Origin: Gemmatimonadales bacterium
GTDB taxonomy: Bacteria > Gemmatimonadota > Gemmatimonadetes > Gemmatimonadales > GWC2-71-9
Length of the DNA: 60,054 nucleotides
Direction of reading: 5' to 3'
NCBI GenBank assembly: GCA_046262715.1
Contig: JBHEMG010000129.1
Location: forward strand, 1 to 60,054
How positions within the stretch are numbered: the first letter of the stretch is position 1; each line of letters begins with the position of its first letter. Shown here piece after piece: positions 39,568 to 50,627 of this stretch. The notes beneath the pieces are model-generated. The model was not told the DNA's origin. It ran no database searches and worked only from the letters and a program-made list of their open reading frames with translations. The position numbers and the translations under genes were made by a program.

Positions 39568-40686
39568 ATGCGCAGGCTGGCCGTCTTCGCCGCCATTCTG
39601 GGAGTCGCCGGGTGCTCACGTGGCAGCGACCGCAGTCCTATCGTCGTCGGCCTGGCCGGTCCCTTCTCCCAGCCCCGTGGCGTCTCGATGCAGCGGGCGG
39701 CCGAGCTGGCCGTCAGGGAGGTCAACGCGCGCGGCGGCATCCGGGGCCGGCCGCTCACCTTGCGCGTGATGGACGACAGCGGGCGTCCTGAAGTCGCGAT
39801 TCGCATTGCGCAAACGCTGGTCGACGATCCTTCCGTTGTCGCTGTCATCGGACACCTCACATCGAGCGCATCACTGGCCGCCGGCCGTGTGTACGGCGAA
39901 GCCCGGCATCCGCTCCTGATGATCTCGCCATCGGCCTCCAGCCCCGACCTCTCCGGCGTCAATCCGTACATGTTCCGCGTATGTCCGAGCGATTTGAGCC
40001 ATGGGGCACAGCTGGCCCGATACGCCCGCCAGAACCTTGGCGCGCGGCGGGTCGGGATCATCTATCTCGACGACGATTATGGACGGGGCTTGCGACTGAG
40101 CTTTGCCGCGGAGTTCCGGCGCTTGGGCGGGGACATAGTAGAAGAGGATCCAATGCTGACGGGGACGCAAACACTCGAGCCGTACGTTTCGCGGCTGCGC
40201 CAGGCGAACGGGGTGGATGCAATCATGCTGGCGACCGATCGCGTGGGGGCCGAGCTGGCGCTGCGCGAGATGCAGCATCTCGGCGCGCATTGGCCGGCAT
40301 TAGGCGGGGATGCGCTCAGCGGCATCGAGCGGACAGGGGACCTGGCCGAGGGGGTCAGGATGTCGGTGGCCTATCTCGAGGATCAGATTGGGGAGCGTAA
40401 CGCGCAGTTCATCGCGGCGTACGCGCGCGCATATCCCGGAGAGCGCCCCGACCATCGCGGTGCCGCCGCCTACGACATCGTGCAGCTCTTGGCGGGCGTA
40501 CTGCCCGAAAGCGGCGCCAGCCGCCGCGCGCTGCGCGATCGCATCGCACGCGTGGGCGGCGACCGTCCGGGGTTCGAGGGAGTCACCGGCACGATCGCAT
40601 TCGACGCACGCGGTGACGTGCCGGCAAAGTCCGTCGTCATCGGCACGGTACGTGGAGGCCGGCTCGTACCGGAGAGCCGGCAGTGA
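39568..40686 (+). CDS. LivJ/K-type substrate-binding lipoprotein
   Basis: VAGC lipobox, [27 protein letters not shown]. Confidence 0.9.
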   Translation: MRRLAVFAAILGVAGCSRGSDRSPIVVGLAGPFSQPRGVSMQRAAELAVREVNARGGIRGRPLTLRVMDDSGRPEVAIRIAQTLVDDPSVVAVIGHLTSSASLAAGRVYGEARHPLLMISPSASSPDLSGVNPYMFRVCPSDLSHGAQLARYARQNLGARRVGIIYLDDDYGRGLRLSFAAEFRRLGGDIVEEDPMLTGTQTLEPYVSRLRQANGVDAIMLATDRVGAELALREMQHLGAHWPALGGDALSGIERTGDLAEGVRMSVAYLEDQIGERNAQFIAAYARAYPGERPDHRGAAAYDIVQLLAGVLPESGASRRALRDRIARVGGDRPGFEGVTGTIAFDARGDVPAKSVVIGTVRGGRLVPESRQ

Positions 40687-42356
40687 TATCGTCGCTCGAT
40701 ACGATCCGCTGGCGGATCATCCTGGGATTTGCGGCGCTCCTCGCGGGGCTGGTCATCGCCGCGGTCGTCGGGGTCACGTCGCTCGCTACGCTGCGGCGGT
40801 CACTGGCGGTCGAGATCGAACACCTCCGAGAATCGAGTGAGGTCGGCAACGGGCTGATGACCGCCGTGTTCGATGAAATCCGCGCCGCCACCGAGGCGCG
40901 CGACCGCTTTCAACCCGCCGCCGACGCCGCCTTTCAGTTCCAAAAACGGCTCGACGGGCTGCCGGGCCTCACCGAAGTCGATCGCATCACCGTCAACCGC
41001 ATCAAGCAGCTGCAATCCACGATTCACGTCGACTACTCGCTGATGCATGCATACCTGGATCTCGGCCGCGCGCGCGACGCGCAAGCGGCGTCGGTCGCGG
41101 TCCGCGAACCGGTGACGGAGCTGAGCCGGCTCGTGCGCGAGCTCTCGGCACGACAGTCGGAGCGCGCCGGCGTGGTCGGACAGCGGCTGGCGGACCGGAG
41201 CCGGGAACGGGAGATCGTGCTGTGGCTCGTTTTGATCGTCACATTGATCGTCGGCGTGATCGTCGGGGCATTCACGCTGCGCTGGGTGGAAGGGCCGCTG
41301 GTGCGGCTCGTCACCGCTGCGGAGCGGTTCGGCAGCGGCGATTTGCGGGCGGTCACCACCGGACGCATGCCGCGAGAGTTTCAAGTGCTGGCCGACGCCA
41401 TGCGCGTCATGGGCGAACGGCTGCGCGGCATCGTCTCCGAGGTCGTCGGTTCCGCCGATAAGATCGCCGCCTCAGCCGGCGACCTCTCCGCCGTCAGCGA
41501 GCAGCTCGCCGCGTCATCCAGCGAGGTCTCCACCGCAATGCTCGAGATCTCGAGCGGTGCCGACAGTCAACGCAACGAGCTGAATGCGACACAGATAGCG
41601 CTGGAGCAGCAACGGAAGGCGACCGCGGAGATGGCGGACGCGGCGGCGCGCGTCGCGCGCCTCGGCGAGGAGATTCGGACGGTGGCCGACCGCCACCGCA
41701 ACGACGTGGCGGCCGCGGGCACCACGCTGCTCGACGTGCGGGAGGTCGTGCGAACGACCGCGACCGAAGTCACGCAGCTCGCCGAGCAGAGCGCCGCCAT
41801 CGACGATTTCGTGGACTTGATCAAGCGGATCTCGTCGCAGACGAACCTGCTGGCGTTGAATGCGGCGATCGAAGCGGCGCGCGCCGGCGAGCACGGCCGC
41901 GGCTTCGCCGTGGTCGCGGAAGAGGTGCGTCAGCTCGCCGACGAGTCATCACGCGCGGCCGAGGACGTCGCGCGCACGACACGCGTGATCCGGGAGCAGG
42001 TCGAGGAAGTCACCGCGACGATGGCCGTCGGCCAGGCGAAGGTGCGCGGCATCGAGTCGGTGGCCGAAGGCGCGGCGCGCGGCCTCACCGAGATCGTGGC
42101 CGCCGTGGAACAGGTCGAGCAGGCGGCCTCTCGAGTGACGCGCGCCGCGCAGGAGAATCGCGGCGTCACCGAGCAGCTCGGTGCGCAGGCGCAGCAGGTC
42201 GTCAACCGCGCGGTGGCCCACGCGTCGAGTGCCGAGCAGGTGACGGCCGCCACCGAGCAGCAGGGCGCGTCGACTCAGGAAATGGCAGCGGCCGCCGGAG
42301 ACCTGCTGCTGGCGGCCGAGAAACTGCGTGGACTGGTCCGCGGCTTCCGAACCTAG
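40683..42356 (+). CDS. Methyl-accepting chemotaxis protein
   Basis: Two TM segments, [31 protein letters not shown]. Confidence 0.96.
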   Translation: MISSLDTIRWRIILGFAALLAGLVIAAVVGVTSLATLRRSLAVEIEHLRESSEVGNGLMTAVFDEIRAATEARDRFQPAADAAFQFQKRLDGLPGLTEVDRITVNRIKQLQSTIHVDYSLMHAYLDLGRARDAQAASVAVREPVTELSRLVRELSARQSERAGVVGQRLADRSREREIVLWLVLIVTLIVGVIVGAFTLRWVEGPLVRLVTAAERFGSGDLRAVTTGRMPREFQVLADAMRVMGERLRGIVSEVVGSADKIAASAGDLSAVSEQLAASSSEVSTAMLEISSGADSQRNELNATQIALEQQRKATAEMADAAARVARLGEEIRTVADRHRNDVAAAGTTLLDVREVVRTTATEVTQLAEQSAAIDDFVDLIKRISSQTNLLALNAAIEAARAGEHGRGFAVVAEEVRQLADESSRAAEDVARTTRVIREQVEEVTATMAVGQAKVRGIESVAEGAARGLTEIVAAVEQVEQAASRVTRAAQENRGVTEQLGAQAQQVVNRAVAHASSAEQVTAATEQQGASTQEMAAAAGDLLLAAEKLRGLVRGFRT

Positions 42357-42652
42357 CGGCGCGTCTTCTTCTTTTTCAGCGGGAGTTTCTTGATCCCGAG
42401 CGGCTTCCGCTTGCGCAGTCCTTCCTGCACTTCCCCCAACACGCGGTCGCCTTCATCCGGGCCGATCAATCCACGCCGCACGGCGTAGCGCACCAGCTCC
42501 TCGGCGTCCTCGTTCGTGAAATCCACCAGGCCGGCGGCACCGCGCATCGCCTGGATGAGCGCGTCCGCGACCGGGCTGCGCAGCACGCTGGCAATCCCCG
42601 GGAGGGCTTCGAGTAACGACGAAATCTGTGAACCACCGAGCTCGGCTGGCAT
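42353..42652 (-). CDS. Hypothetical protein
   Basis: 99 aa with a Lys-rich tail. Confidence 0.6.
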   Translation of the reverse strand: MPAELGGSQISSLLEALPGIASVLRSPVADALIQAMRGAAGLVDFTNEDAEELVRYAVRRGLIGPDEGDRVLGEVQEGLRKRKPLGIKKLPLKKKKTRR

Positions 42653-42777
42653 CGCAAGGCTTGGTTAAAGGTGGCGCCAACCTACATACGTCCCCCGGGG
42701 GCGTCAAGAATTGGCCTTGGGGGCAAGCACAGCCGGTCCTGGGGTAGTATAGATTTCGAGCCGGAAGGGGCTAGCCC

Positions 42778-43044
42778 GTGGGCAGACGAGGGATCAAGGA
42801 GTTCCGGGCGCCGGAAGCACTGGCGCTCATTGCAGCCGACCGGGCGCACGAGCCACTCGTGTGTCCCTCGTGCGGAACTCGCACGATCCAGCGTTCGCCG
42901 CGCCGCCGCCCCCTGCGGCCCGGTGACCTGCTCGCCCCGGAGCGGATCAGCCTGACGTGCGGCGCGTGCACCCGACATGCCTTTTACTTCACGCGAGCGA
43001 TGGAGCCGCCGCGCGACTCGACGATGGATCCACGAACCCTCTGA
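42778..43044 (+). CDS. Small zinc-ribbon-like protein
   Basis: CPSC...CGAC; purine-rich RBS upstream. Confidence 0.55.
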   Translation: MGRRGIKEFRAPEALALIAADRAHEPLVCPSCGTRTIQRSPRRRPLRPGDLLAPERISLTCGACTRHAFYFTRAMEPPRDSTMDPRTL

Positions 43045-43080
43045 GCGCCGGATGGAGCACCGGGCTTTTCGGGAGGACGC

Positions 43081-43296
43081 GTGGCTGGTGAAGCGATTCA
43101 GATGATGGGGACCGTTACCGAAGTGCTGCCCAATACGACGTTCCGCGTAAAACTCGAAAATGGACACGACGTTCTCGCGTATGTGAGCGGCAAGATGCGG
43201 AAGAACTACATTCGCATTTTGCAGGGCGACCGAGTCGCGGTCGATCTTTCTCCCTACGATTTGACGCGCGGTCGCATTACCTACCGCTACAAATAA
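43081..43296 (+). CDS. infA: Translation initiation factor IF-1
   Basis: [33 protein letters not shown]. Confidence 0.98.
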   Translation: MAGEAIQMMGTVTEVLPNTTFRVKLENGHDVLAYVSGKMRKNYIRILQGDRVAVDLSPYDLTRGRITYRYK

Positions 43297-44025
43297 TCAG
43301 CTCGGGTGTCGCAGGAGTCTGTTCCAGCGGATCCGGAACGGGCGGGTCGCCACACTCATGTAGATGATCAAGGGCCGGCCGCGGATGTGCGCGCGCGGCA
43401 GGAATCCCCAGTAGCGGCTGTCGTAGGACTCGTCTCGATTATCTCCCATCACGAAATAATGCTCTGGCGGCACCACGATGGGCCCCCAGTCGTGCGTGGT
43501 GGGATGATATTGCGCCGCATTCCGACCGACGTATTGCGGCAGCTGCCATGCCTTGATGAGCTGCAGGCGGAATTCCTCATCGGGTATCGGGGTCAGCGCC
43601 GTGTGAAGCGCGTACGGCTCGTCCAGGCGCTCGCCGTTGCGGATCACGGTGTCGTGGACCATCTGCAGCGTGTCCCCGGCAGCGCCGATGACACGCTTGA
43701 CGATGTTCAAGTCGGGCGTGGAATCCTCCACGGAGCGGAACACGACGACGTCTTGCCGCTTGGGGGTGGCGAACGACGGCAGCCGGCAGCAATGGATGCC
43801 GACGAGCGGGATCTCGAGCTCGCCCCCGAACACCGCTTTGTTCACGAACAAGAAGTCACCGACCAGCAGCGTGTTCTCCATGCTCGCCGAAGGAATGCGA
43901 AACGCTTCGACGAGAAACGACCGCAGCACAATCCAGATCAGGAGCGCCGCGCCGATCGCCTTGACCCAGGCGAGCGCCTCGTCCTTGACGGTTTTCTTGA
44001 GCGGTCCGGGCGCGGCCCCACTCAT
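43297..44025 (-). CDS. lepB: Signal peptidase I
   Basis: IPSASMENTL, VKRVIG, GDNRDESYDSRYWG. Confidence 0.95.
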   Translation of the reverse strand: MSGAAPGPLKKTVKDEALAWVKAIGAALLIWIVLRSFLVEAFRIPSASMENTLLVGDFLFVNKAVFGGELEIPLVGIHCCRLPSFATPKRQDVVVFRSVEDSTPDLNIVKRVIGAAGDTLQMVHDTVIRNGERLDEPYALHTALTPIPDEEFRLQLIKAWQLPQYVGRNAAQYHPTTHDWGPIVVPPEHYFVMGDNRDESYDSRYWGFLPRAHIRGRPLIIYMSVATRPFRIRWNRLLRHPS

Positions 44026-45026
44026 GGGTTCTCGACCCAGTCGGCGAGAAAGATGTTCGTCTCTCCCTGCACCTTCCCGTTGCGGTTCGATGCCCACACC
44101 AGCTGGCGGCCGTCCGGGGAGAACATCGGGAACGCGTCAAACTCGGCGTTCGTCGTGATCTGCTCCAGGCCGGTGCCGTCCTGCCCGATCAGGTACAAAT
44201 CGAAATTGCGCGATCGCGGATTCTTGTAGTTGGAGGCGAAGACGATGCGTTGACCATCCGGATGGAAGTACGGCGCGAAGCTGGCGCCGCCCAAATTCGT
44301 CACCTGACGCTGATGGGTGCCGTCGGCATCCATCACCCAGATCTCCATCCGCACCGGGCGCACGAGATTTTGGGCGATGAGACCGCGATAATCGGCAGAG
44401 TCGGTTGCCGTCTGCGGATGCCAGGCCCGGTAGACGATCTGCTTGCCGTCCCGAGAAAAGAAAGGGCCCCCGTCATAGCCAAGCGTGTGCGTGAGCCGCC
44501 GCACGTGCGTTCCGTCCACCCGCATCGTGTAAATATCGAGATCGCCATTGCGCAACGATGTGAAGACGATGGTGCGTCCGTCGGGCGACAGCGTGCCTTC
44601 GGCGTCGTAGCGCGAATTCGTGGTGATTCGCCGTCCTCGCTGTCCCGTCGCGTCGGCGGCGTAGATGTCGTAATTGTACAGGGCCCACACGTAGCCCTTG
44701 GAATAATCCGGGCGCGGCGGGCAGGCACTGCCGGCGTGCTCGGTGGTCGCGTAAAAAATCCGGCGATCATCAGCGTAGAAATAGCCGCACGTGGTCCGAC
44801 CCTTGCCGCTCGACACCCGACGCAGATCGGTCCCATCGACCTTCATGACGTATTCCTGATCGCAGCCGGTATCCGCTTCCTGGCGTTGGAAGATGATCTG
44901 GCGGCCCGAGCGGGAGAAATACGCCTCGGCATTCTGCCCGCCAAAGGTGAGCTGCCGAATATTGTGGAGGTGCACCTCGCCGGAATCGGCGGGCAATGCC
45001 TGGAGCAGCAGGAGGATCAATACCAT
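44022..45026 (-). CDS. TolB-like PD40 beta-propeller protein
   Basis: Repeated SPDG and FS.DG motifs. Confidence 0.85.
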   Translation of the reverse strand: MVLILLLLQALPADSGEVHLHNIRQLTFGGQNAEAYFSRSGRQIIFQRQEADTGCDQEYVMKVDGTDLRRVSSGKGRTTCGYFYADDRRIFYATTEHAGSACPPRPDYSKGYVWALYNYDIYAADATGQRGRRITTNSRYDAEGTLSPDGRTIVFTSLRNGDLDIYTMRVDGTHVRRLTHTLGYDGGPFFSRDGKQIVYRAWHPQTATDSADYRGLIAQNLVRPVRMEIWVMDADGTHQRQVTNLGGASFAPYFHPDGQRIVFASNYKNPRSRNFDLYLIGQDGTGLEQITTNAEFDAFPMFSPDGRQLVWASNRNGKVQGETNIFLADWVENP

Positions 45027-45082
45027 GGGACTCGCAAGGTAGAGTCATTCAAACGCGCAGGCAATCGTTAGATTACGCTGCG

Positions 45083-45394
45083 ATGAATGACCCACGGAAA
45101 TCACGCGCGCCGTTGATGGACTCGCTCGGACAGCTGTGCGCCGACGGCAAACAGTTGGCTGAATACCTGTGGCAGGTGCCCAAGGACGCCGCGGCGCGCC
45201 AGCAGATTCTCACCCTACTGACGCAAATCGCCGACGAGAGCACCAAGCAGGGGCGCAAAGAGATGCCGAGATTGGTCGAAGAGCTGAAGATCGCCGCGCA
45301 GGCGACTCCTTCTCCCCAGCAGGTCGATGTACTCGTGGACGGCTTCGACCGGCTGACGAAACTCTGGCAGGCCGCAAAGTCCGGATTACTATGA
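45083..45394 (+). CDS. Hypothetical protein
   Basis: 103-aa helical ORF; ATGA overlap with tkt. Confidence 0.7.
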   Translation: MNDPRKSRAPLMDSLGQLCADGKQLAEYLWQVPKDAAARQQILTLLTQIADESTKQGRKEMPRLVEELKIAAQATPSPQQVDVLVDGFDRLTKLWQAAKSGLL

Positions 45395-47394
45395 CCGAAA
45401 CCGTGGCGCGCGTAGATCTCGACCAACTCTGCATCAACTCCATCCGTGTACTGGCGATGGACGCCGTGCAACAGGCGGATTCGGGGCATCCCGGCACGGC
45501 CATGGCGCTGGCGCCGCTCGCCTACGTGCTCTGGCAACGCCATCTCACGTACAATCCAGCCAATCCGAACTGGATGGATCGCGATCGATTCGTCCTCTCC
45601 GCGGGCCACGCGTGCATGTTGCTGTACAGCGTCCTCTATCTCACCGGATACGACCTCACGCTCGAGGAGATCAAGCAATTCCGGCAGTGGGGCAGCCGCA
45701 CCCCAGGGCATTCCGAGCATGGCGTCACACCCGGCGTGGAAGCAACCACCGGCCCGCTCGGCCAGGGCACGGGCAACGCCGTGGGCATGGCGATTGCCGA
45801 GGCGCAGCTCGCGGCGGCATTCAATCGCCCCGGGCACGACATCATCGATCACCGCACCTACTTCATTGCGTCCGACGGCGACCTCATGGAGGGAATTTCG
45901 CACGAGGCCGCGTCGCTGGCGGGCCACCTCAAGCTGGGCAAGCTCATCGGCTTTTACGACGACAACCGCATCACCATCGACGGCTCCACCGATCTCGCGT
46001 TCTCCGACGATACGTCGAAGCGCTTCGAGTCCTACGGCTGGCACGTGCAGCGCGTCGCCGACGGGAACGACCTGCAAGCGCTCGATGCCGCCATCGCGCA
46101 GGCCGAACGCGTCGCCGATCGCCCTTCGCTGATTATCGTGCGTACACACATCGCCTGGGGCAGCCCGCACAAGCAAGACACCCCCGAGGCGCACGGCGCG
46201 CCGCTCGGGGCCGACGAAATCAAGGCGACAAAACAGAATCTCGGTTGGCCGTCCGTCGAGCCTTTTTATGTGCCGGAGGAAGCGCTGGAGCGGTGGCGCC
46301 AGGCGAAAACACGCGGCGCGCGGCTCGAAGCGGACTGGACGAAGCAATGGAATGCGTATCGGGCGGCCCATCCCGCCCTCGCGGCGGAGCTCGAGCGCCG
46401 CCTGGCAGGCAAGTTGCCGGAAGGCTGGGACGCCGCCATTCCCGTCTTCGGAGTCAAGGATGCCCAGGCCACCCGGGCGGCGTCCGGCAAGGTGCTCAAC
46501 GCCATCGCCACGAAGCTGCCCGAGCTGATCGGCGGCTCGGCGGACCTCACGGGATCGAACAACACAGAGATGAAAGGCGGTGGCGTCTTTTCGGCCACTG
46601 AACGAACCGGCCGCAACTTCCATTTTGGAATTCGCGAGCATGCGATGGGCGCCGCCTTGAACGGCATCGCGCTGCACGGTGGATTCATCCCGTTCGGGGG
46701 CACGTTCCTGATCTTTTCCGATTACATGCGGCCGTCTATTCGTCTCGCGGCGCTGACGCAGCTCCGGCCGATCTACGTTTTCACACACGACTCGATCGGG
46801 CTGGGCGAAGATGGGCCGACGCATCAACCCATCGAGCAGTTGTCCGCGCTACGCGTGATTCCCAACATGACCGTCATCCGGCCCGCGGATCCCACCGAGG
46901 TGGCGGAGGCGTGGCGCGCCGCCATCATCCATCGGGACGGGCCCGTTGCACTGGTATTGACGCGACAGAAAGTCGCCGTGATAGATCGCGCCGCGTACGC
47001 GCCCGCCGCCGGATTGCATCGCGGCGCCTACGTGCTGGCGGGCTCCGCCGATCCCGATGTCGTCCTGATCGGGACCGGCTCGGAAGTAGAGATCGTCCTC
47101 GGAGCCTACGAGAGGCTGAAGGCGGATGGGCGCCGTCCAGCCGCGGTGTCGATGCCCTGCATGGAGTACTTTGCGAAGCAGTCGCAGAGCTATCGCGACG
47201 CGGTGCTGCCGCCGGGCGTCCCACGCATCGCCGTCGAAGCCGCAGCCCCGCAATCGTGGTATCGCTGGGTGGGAGATCGCGGGGTCATCATCGGCATAGA
47301 GCGGTTCGGGGAGTCCGCGCCGTATCAGCGGATCTACAAAGAGTTTGGACTGACGGTAGACCGGGTAGTGGACGCCGCCCGGCAACTCGGCTAG
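45391..47394 (+). CDS. tkt: Transketolase
   Basis: [37 protein letters not shown]. Confidence 0.98.
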   Translation: MTETVARVDLDQLCINSIRVLAMDAVQQADSGHPGTAMALAPLAYVLWQRHLTYNPANPNWMDRDRFVLSAGHACMLLYSVLYLTGYDLTLEEIKQFRQWGSRTPGHSEHGVTPGVEATTGPLGQGTGNAVGMAIAEAQLAAAFNRPGHDIIDHRTYFIASDGDLMEGISHEAASLAGHLKLGKLIGFYDDNRITIDGSTDLAFSDDTSKRFESYGWHVQRVADGNDLQALDAAIAQAERVADRPSLIIVRTHIAWGSPHKQDTPEAHGAPLGADEIKATKQNLGWPSVEPFYVPEEALERWRQAKTRGARLEADWTKQWNAYRAAHPALAAELERRLAGKLPEGWDAAIPVFGVKDAQATRAASGKVLNAIATKLPELIGGSADLTGSNNTEMKGGGVFSATERTGRNFHFGIREHAMGAALNGIALHGGFIPFGGTFLIFSDYMRPSIRLAALTQLRPIYVFTHDSIGLGEDGPTHQPIEQLSALRVIPNMTVIRPADPTEVAEAWRAAIIHRDGPVALVLTRQKVAVIDRAAYAPAAGLHRGAYVLAGSADPDVVLIGTGSEVEIVLGAYERLKADGRRPAAVSMPCMEYFAKQSQSYRDAVLPPGVPRIAVEAAAPQSWYRWVGDRGVIIGIERFGESAPYQRIYKEFGLTVDRVVDAARQLG

Positions 47395-47406
47395 TTTCTG
47401 CGACAG

Positions 47407-47505
47407 ATGACGCGAGTCTCCATGATGATGCGCCGCGCCTGTTGCTGCTGCCCCATGTGTTGTACGGGGAGCGGACCGATCGGCGCGTCGACATGCGGGA
47501 CATGA
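47407..47505 (+). CDS. Cys/Met-rich leader peptide MTRVSMMMRRACCCCPMCCTGSGPIGASTCGT
   Basis: Translated by hand; 7 Cys and 5 Met in 32 codons; upstream of a terminator. Confidence 0.8.
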   Translation: MTRVSMMMRRACCCCPMCCTGSGPIGASTCGT

Positions 47506-47548
47506 AGTAGCTCGACGGGGCTCCCGCCCCACGAAACGACGCAGCAGA

Positions 47549-47590
47549 CGGCCGCGACTCCTCGCTTCGAGTCGCGGCCGATTTCTTTTT
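47549..47590 (+). terminator. Attenuator-type intrinsic terminator
   Basis: 12-bp stem cggccgcgactc/gagtcgcggccg followed by TTTCTTTTT, ending 19 nt before the next ATG. Confidence 0.88.
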
Positions 47591-47609
47591 CAGGGAGAGG
47601 GTTTCTGGC

Positions 47610-48548
47610 ATGATCGGTATTTATTACGAGCACCCACACTGGTTCGCGCCGCTCTTCGCAGAGCTCGATCGCCGCCGGACGCCGTATACCAGATTGCATG
47701 CGGAGCGCCACCGGTTCGACCCGGGCGATCCCCCTCCCTACCGCCTCGTCTTCAACCGCATGAGCCCATCGGCCTGGCTGCGCGGACATGGTCACGCGGT
47801 CTTCTACACGCACCATTTTCTTGACCACTTGGAGCGATTCGGCGTGCGGGTCATCAACGGCACGCGCGCCTTTCATTCCGAGACGTCCAAAGCGGTTCAG
47901 CTATCGGTGCTGCGCTCGCTCGGCTTGCCGTACCCGCCCACGCGCATCATCAACGATGCGGCAGATGCGCCGTCGGCCGCCGCCGAGCTGCGCTACCCGG
48001 TCGTGGTAAAACCGAACGTCGGCGGGAGCGGCGCGGGCGTGCGCCGTTTCGACGCGCCGGCCGACCTGGCCATTGCCGCGGCGACCGGCGGCCTCGAGCT
48101 CGGCCCCGATCATACCGCGCTGGTGCAGGAGTTCATTCCGTCGGAAGCCGGACGCATCACACGCGTCGAGGTCTTGGGCGGGAAGTTTCTGTACGCAATT
48201 CGCGTGTATTCCTCGGGCGAGACGTACAATCTCTGCCCGGCCGACGTGTGTCAGACTACGGATGGCACGGAGCTGGTGCGCGCGGCGTGCCCGGCAGACG
48301 CCCCGCGCAACGGGTTGCGCGTGGAGGGTTACGATCCGCAACCGGAAGTCGCGCGCCAGGTCGAGCAAATCGCCGCCGCCTGCGGGATCGACGTCGGCGG
48401 CATCGAATACGCGATCGATGACCGTGACGGACGGCTCTTCTATTACGACGTCAATGCGCTGTCGAATTTCGTCGCCGACGCGCCGCGGGTCGTGGGGTTC
48501 GATCCCGTGGCACGGCTGGCCGATTATTTGGAAAGCGAGGCCCGCTGA
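47610..48548 (+). CDS. ATP-grasp ligase (RimK/GshB-like)
   Basis: YPVVVKPNVGGSGAGV, LVQEFIP, YDVNALSNF. Confidence 0.85.
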   Translation: MIGIYYEHPHWFAPLFAELDRRRTPYTRLHAERHRFDPGDPPPYRLVFNRMSPSAWLRGHGHAVFYTHHFLDHLERFGVRVINGTRAFHSETSKAVQLSVLRSLGLPYPPTRIINDAADAPSAAAELRYPVVVKPNVGGSGAGVRRFDAPADLAIAAATGGLELGPDHTALVQEFIPSEAGRITRVEVLGGKFLYAIRVYSSGETYNLCPADVCQTTDGTELVRAACPADAPRNGLRVEGYDPQPEVARQVEQIAAACGIDVGGIEYAIDDRDGRLFYYDVNALSNFVADAPRVVGFDPVARLADYLESEAR

Positions 48549-49591
48549 TGCGCTTCGGGTATTGGTTGCCCGTCTTTGGCGGCTGGCTGCGCAACGTCGA
48601 GGACGAGCGCATGGAAGCGGAGTGGTCGTACGTGCGACGCCTCGCGCGCGCCAGTGAGCGCGCGGGGTTCGATCTGACGCTGATCGCCGAGCTGAATCTC
48701 AACGACATCAAGGGGTCTGATGCTCCGGCCCTCGATGCATGGTCAACCGCCGCGGCGCTCGCCGCGGTCACCGAGCGGCTCGAGATCATGGTCGCCGTGC
48801 GTCCGACATTTCACCCGCCGGCGCTGCTCGCCAAACAGGCCGCCAACATCGACCACATCTCGGGCGGCCGTTTGTCGCTCAATGTAGTGTCGTCGTGGTG
48901 GGCAGAAGAGGCAAAGCAGTATGGCGTCGAGTTCGATACCCACGACGCGCGCTACGCGCGCACCGCCGAGTGGCTGGCCGTGGTCGATGGCTTGTGGACG
49001 GAGCGGCGCTTCAGCTTTTCGGGACAGTACTACCGCGTGGAGGATGCAATTCTCGAACCGAAGCCGCTGCGCCGACCTCGGCCGACGATCTATGCGGGAG
49101 GGGAATCCCCGGCGGCGAAGTCTCTGATCGCACGAGGCTGCGACGGCTACCTGATGCACGGCGATCCGCCCGAGCGCATCGCGGCCAAGATCGCCGACAT
49201 GCGCGCGCTCCGGGAGGCGAGCGCGGTCGAGCCGCTCAGCTTCGGTGCCGCCGGGTACGTCGTCTGCCGCGCCACCGAAAGCGCGGCGCGCCGGGAAGTC
49301 GAGCGGATCACCGACGTGCAGCAGCATGCGGCCGGGTATGCCAATTACGAGCAGTGGCTGGCCAACACGCAGCTGGAGCAGCGGGTCAGTCTCGAGGACT
49401 ACTCCGTGTCGAATCGCGGGCTCAAGGCGGGACTGGTCGGGACGCCCGAGCAGATCGCTGAACGGATTCGCGGCTTTGAGCAGGCGGGACTCGATCTGTT
49501 ACTGTTACAATTCAGCCCGCAGCTCGAAGAAATGGAGCGCTTCGCCGAAGAGGTGATTCCGCTGGTCAACGAGCCAGCTGCCGCGCGATAA
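48548..49591 (+). CDS. LLM flavin-dependent monooxygenase (SsuD/SfnG-like)
   Basis: GFDLTLIAE, AAVTERLEI, IDHISGGRLSLNVV, LVGTPEQIA. Confidence 0.88.
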   Translation: MRFGYWLPVFGGWLRNVEDERMEAEWSYVRRLARASERAGFDLTLIAELNLNDIKGSDAPALDAWSTAAALAAVTERLEIMVAVRPTFHPPALLAKQAANIDHISGGRLSLNVVSSWWAEEAKQYGVEFDTHDARYARTAEWLAVVDGLWTERRFSFSGQYYRVEDAILEPKPLRRPRPTIYAGGESPAAKSLIARGCDGYLMHGDPPERIAAKIADMRALREASAVEPLSFGAAGYVVCRATESAARREVERITDVQQHAAGYANYEQWLANTQLEQRVSLEDYSVSNRGLKAGLVGTPEQIAERIRGFEQAGLDLLLLQFSPQLEEMERFAEEVIPLVNEPAAAR

Positions 49592-50627
49592 GTCCGCCGG
49601 CCTCCCGGCCCGAGCGGACGCACGCCGATACACCGGCGCCGTCGTACCCTGCCCCGGCGATCGCGATCGGCGGCAGGCGGCCGAGGAGCTGTCGCACGGC
49701 GGCGACATGGTGCGCGTGATCGCCGCGATATCTCGGCAAGCCCCGCGTCCAATAGAACACGCGCGACCATAGAGGCTCGCCGCGAACGTCGAGGATGGTG
49801 GCGAGCTGCGCGTGTGCCACGACCGCGGGATCGCCGTCCAACGGCGGAAGATAGGCACGCAGCAATACGTGCCCTGCGGGGGCGCGGCCAGGAAATTTTT
49901 GCGAAGCATACGTGCACGCCCGCAGATGCTCCGACTGCGCGACAAATCCCGCGCCATCCAACGGGCGAGAAAGCTGTTCCGCGCGATACGCAAGCGACAC
50001 GGTGATACTCGGCCCGTACACCACGTCGGCGAGAGTACGGCCGTGCGATACGCCGACACCTTCGAGCAGACGGCCGGCGGCATAGGCGGGCAGCGCGAGG
50101 ATCACGGCGTCGGCCTCGTAGGCGGATCCGCCAGTGATGGCGACGCGCCAGCGCTGCCTCTCCCGAACAAGTCCCGACACGCCTTGCGCGAGCCGTACGG
50201 CGCCCGTGAGCCGCTGCACCAGCGCCGCGACCGGCTGCTGCATCCCCTCGGCGAAGCTGCTGAATCCCGCCGCCATCGCGGACTTCGATGCGTCGATGCC
50301 GAGCAGCGCGGCCGCCTTGCCCTCTTCGAGCGGCTCGAGCGCGGTGCCGTTCCACAGCGCGCTGCCACGTGCTTGTTGGCTGACGACTTGGTCGCCGATC
50401 CCGAGCTCTCGGGCCAATGCGGGGAGCTCCGGCTCTCCCGCAAGAAAGCCGTCGGGGCCGCCCTCGACCAGAAATCCGCTCACCCGCTCGCTGATTACCA
50501 CACCGCCTGCGCGACGCTCACTCTCCAGCAGCGTGATTTCGTGGGCACCCCCGCCGCGGCGCTGCAGCTCCCACGCAGCGGCGAGTCCAGCCAGTCCGGC
50601 ACCCACGACGACGACCTTCACACCCAT
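49566..50627 (-). CDS. hemY: HemY/CgoX porphyrinogen oxidase (short form)
   Basis: VVGAGLAGL, EGGPDGF, LPRY, GAGVSACVRSG; heme operon context. Confidence 0.82.
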   Translation of the reverse strand: MGVKVVVVGAGLAGLAAAWELQRRGGGAHEITLLESERRAGGVVISERVSGFLVEGGPDGFLAGEPELPALARELGIGDQVVSQQARGSALWNGTALEPLEEGKAAALLGIDASKSAMAAGFSSFAEGMQQPVAALVQRLTGAVRLAQGVSGLVRERQRWRVAITGGSAYEADAVILALPAYAAGRLLEGVGVSHGRTLADVVYGPSITVSLAYRAEQLSRPLDGAGFVAQSEHLRACTYASQKFPGRAPAGHVLLRAYLPPLDGDPAVVAHAQLATILDVRGEPLWSRVFYWTRGLPRYRGDHAHHVAAVRQLLGRLPPIAIAGAGYDGAGVSACVRSGREAGGLIARQLAR

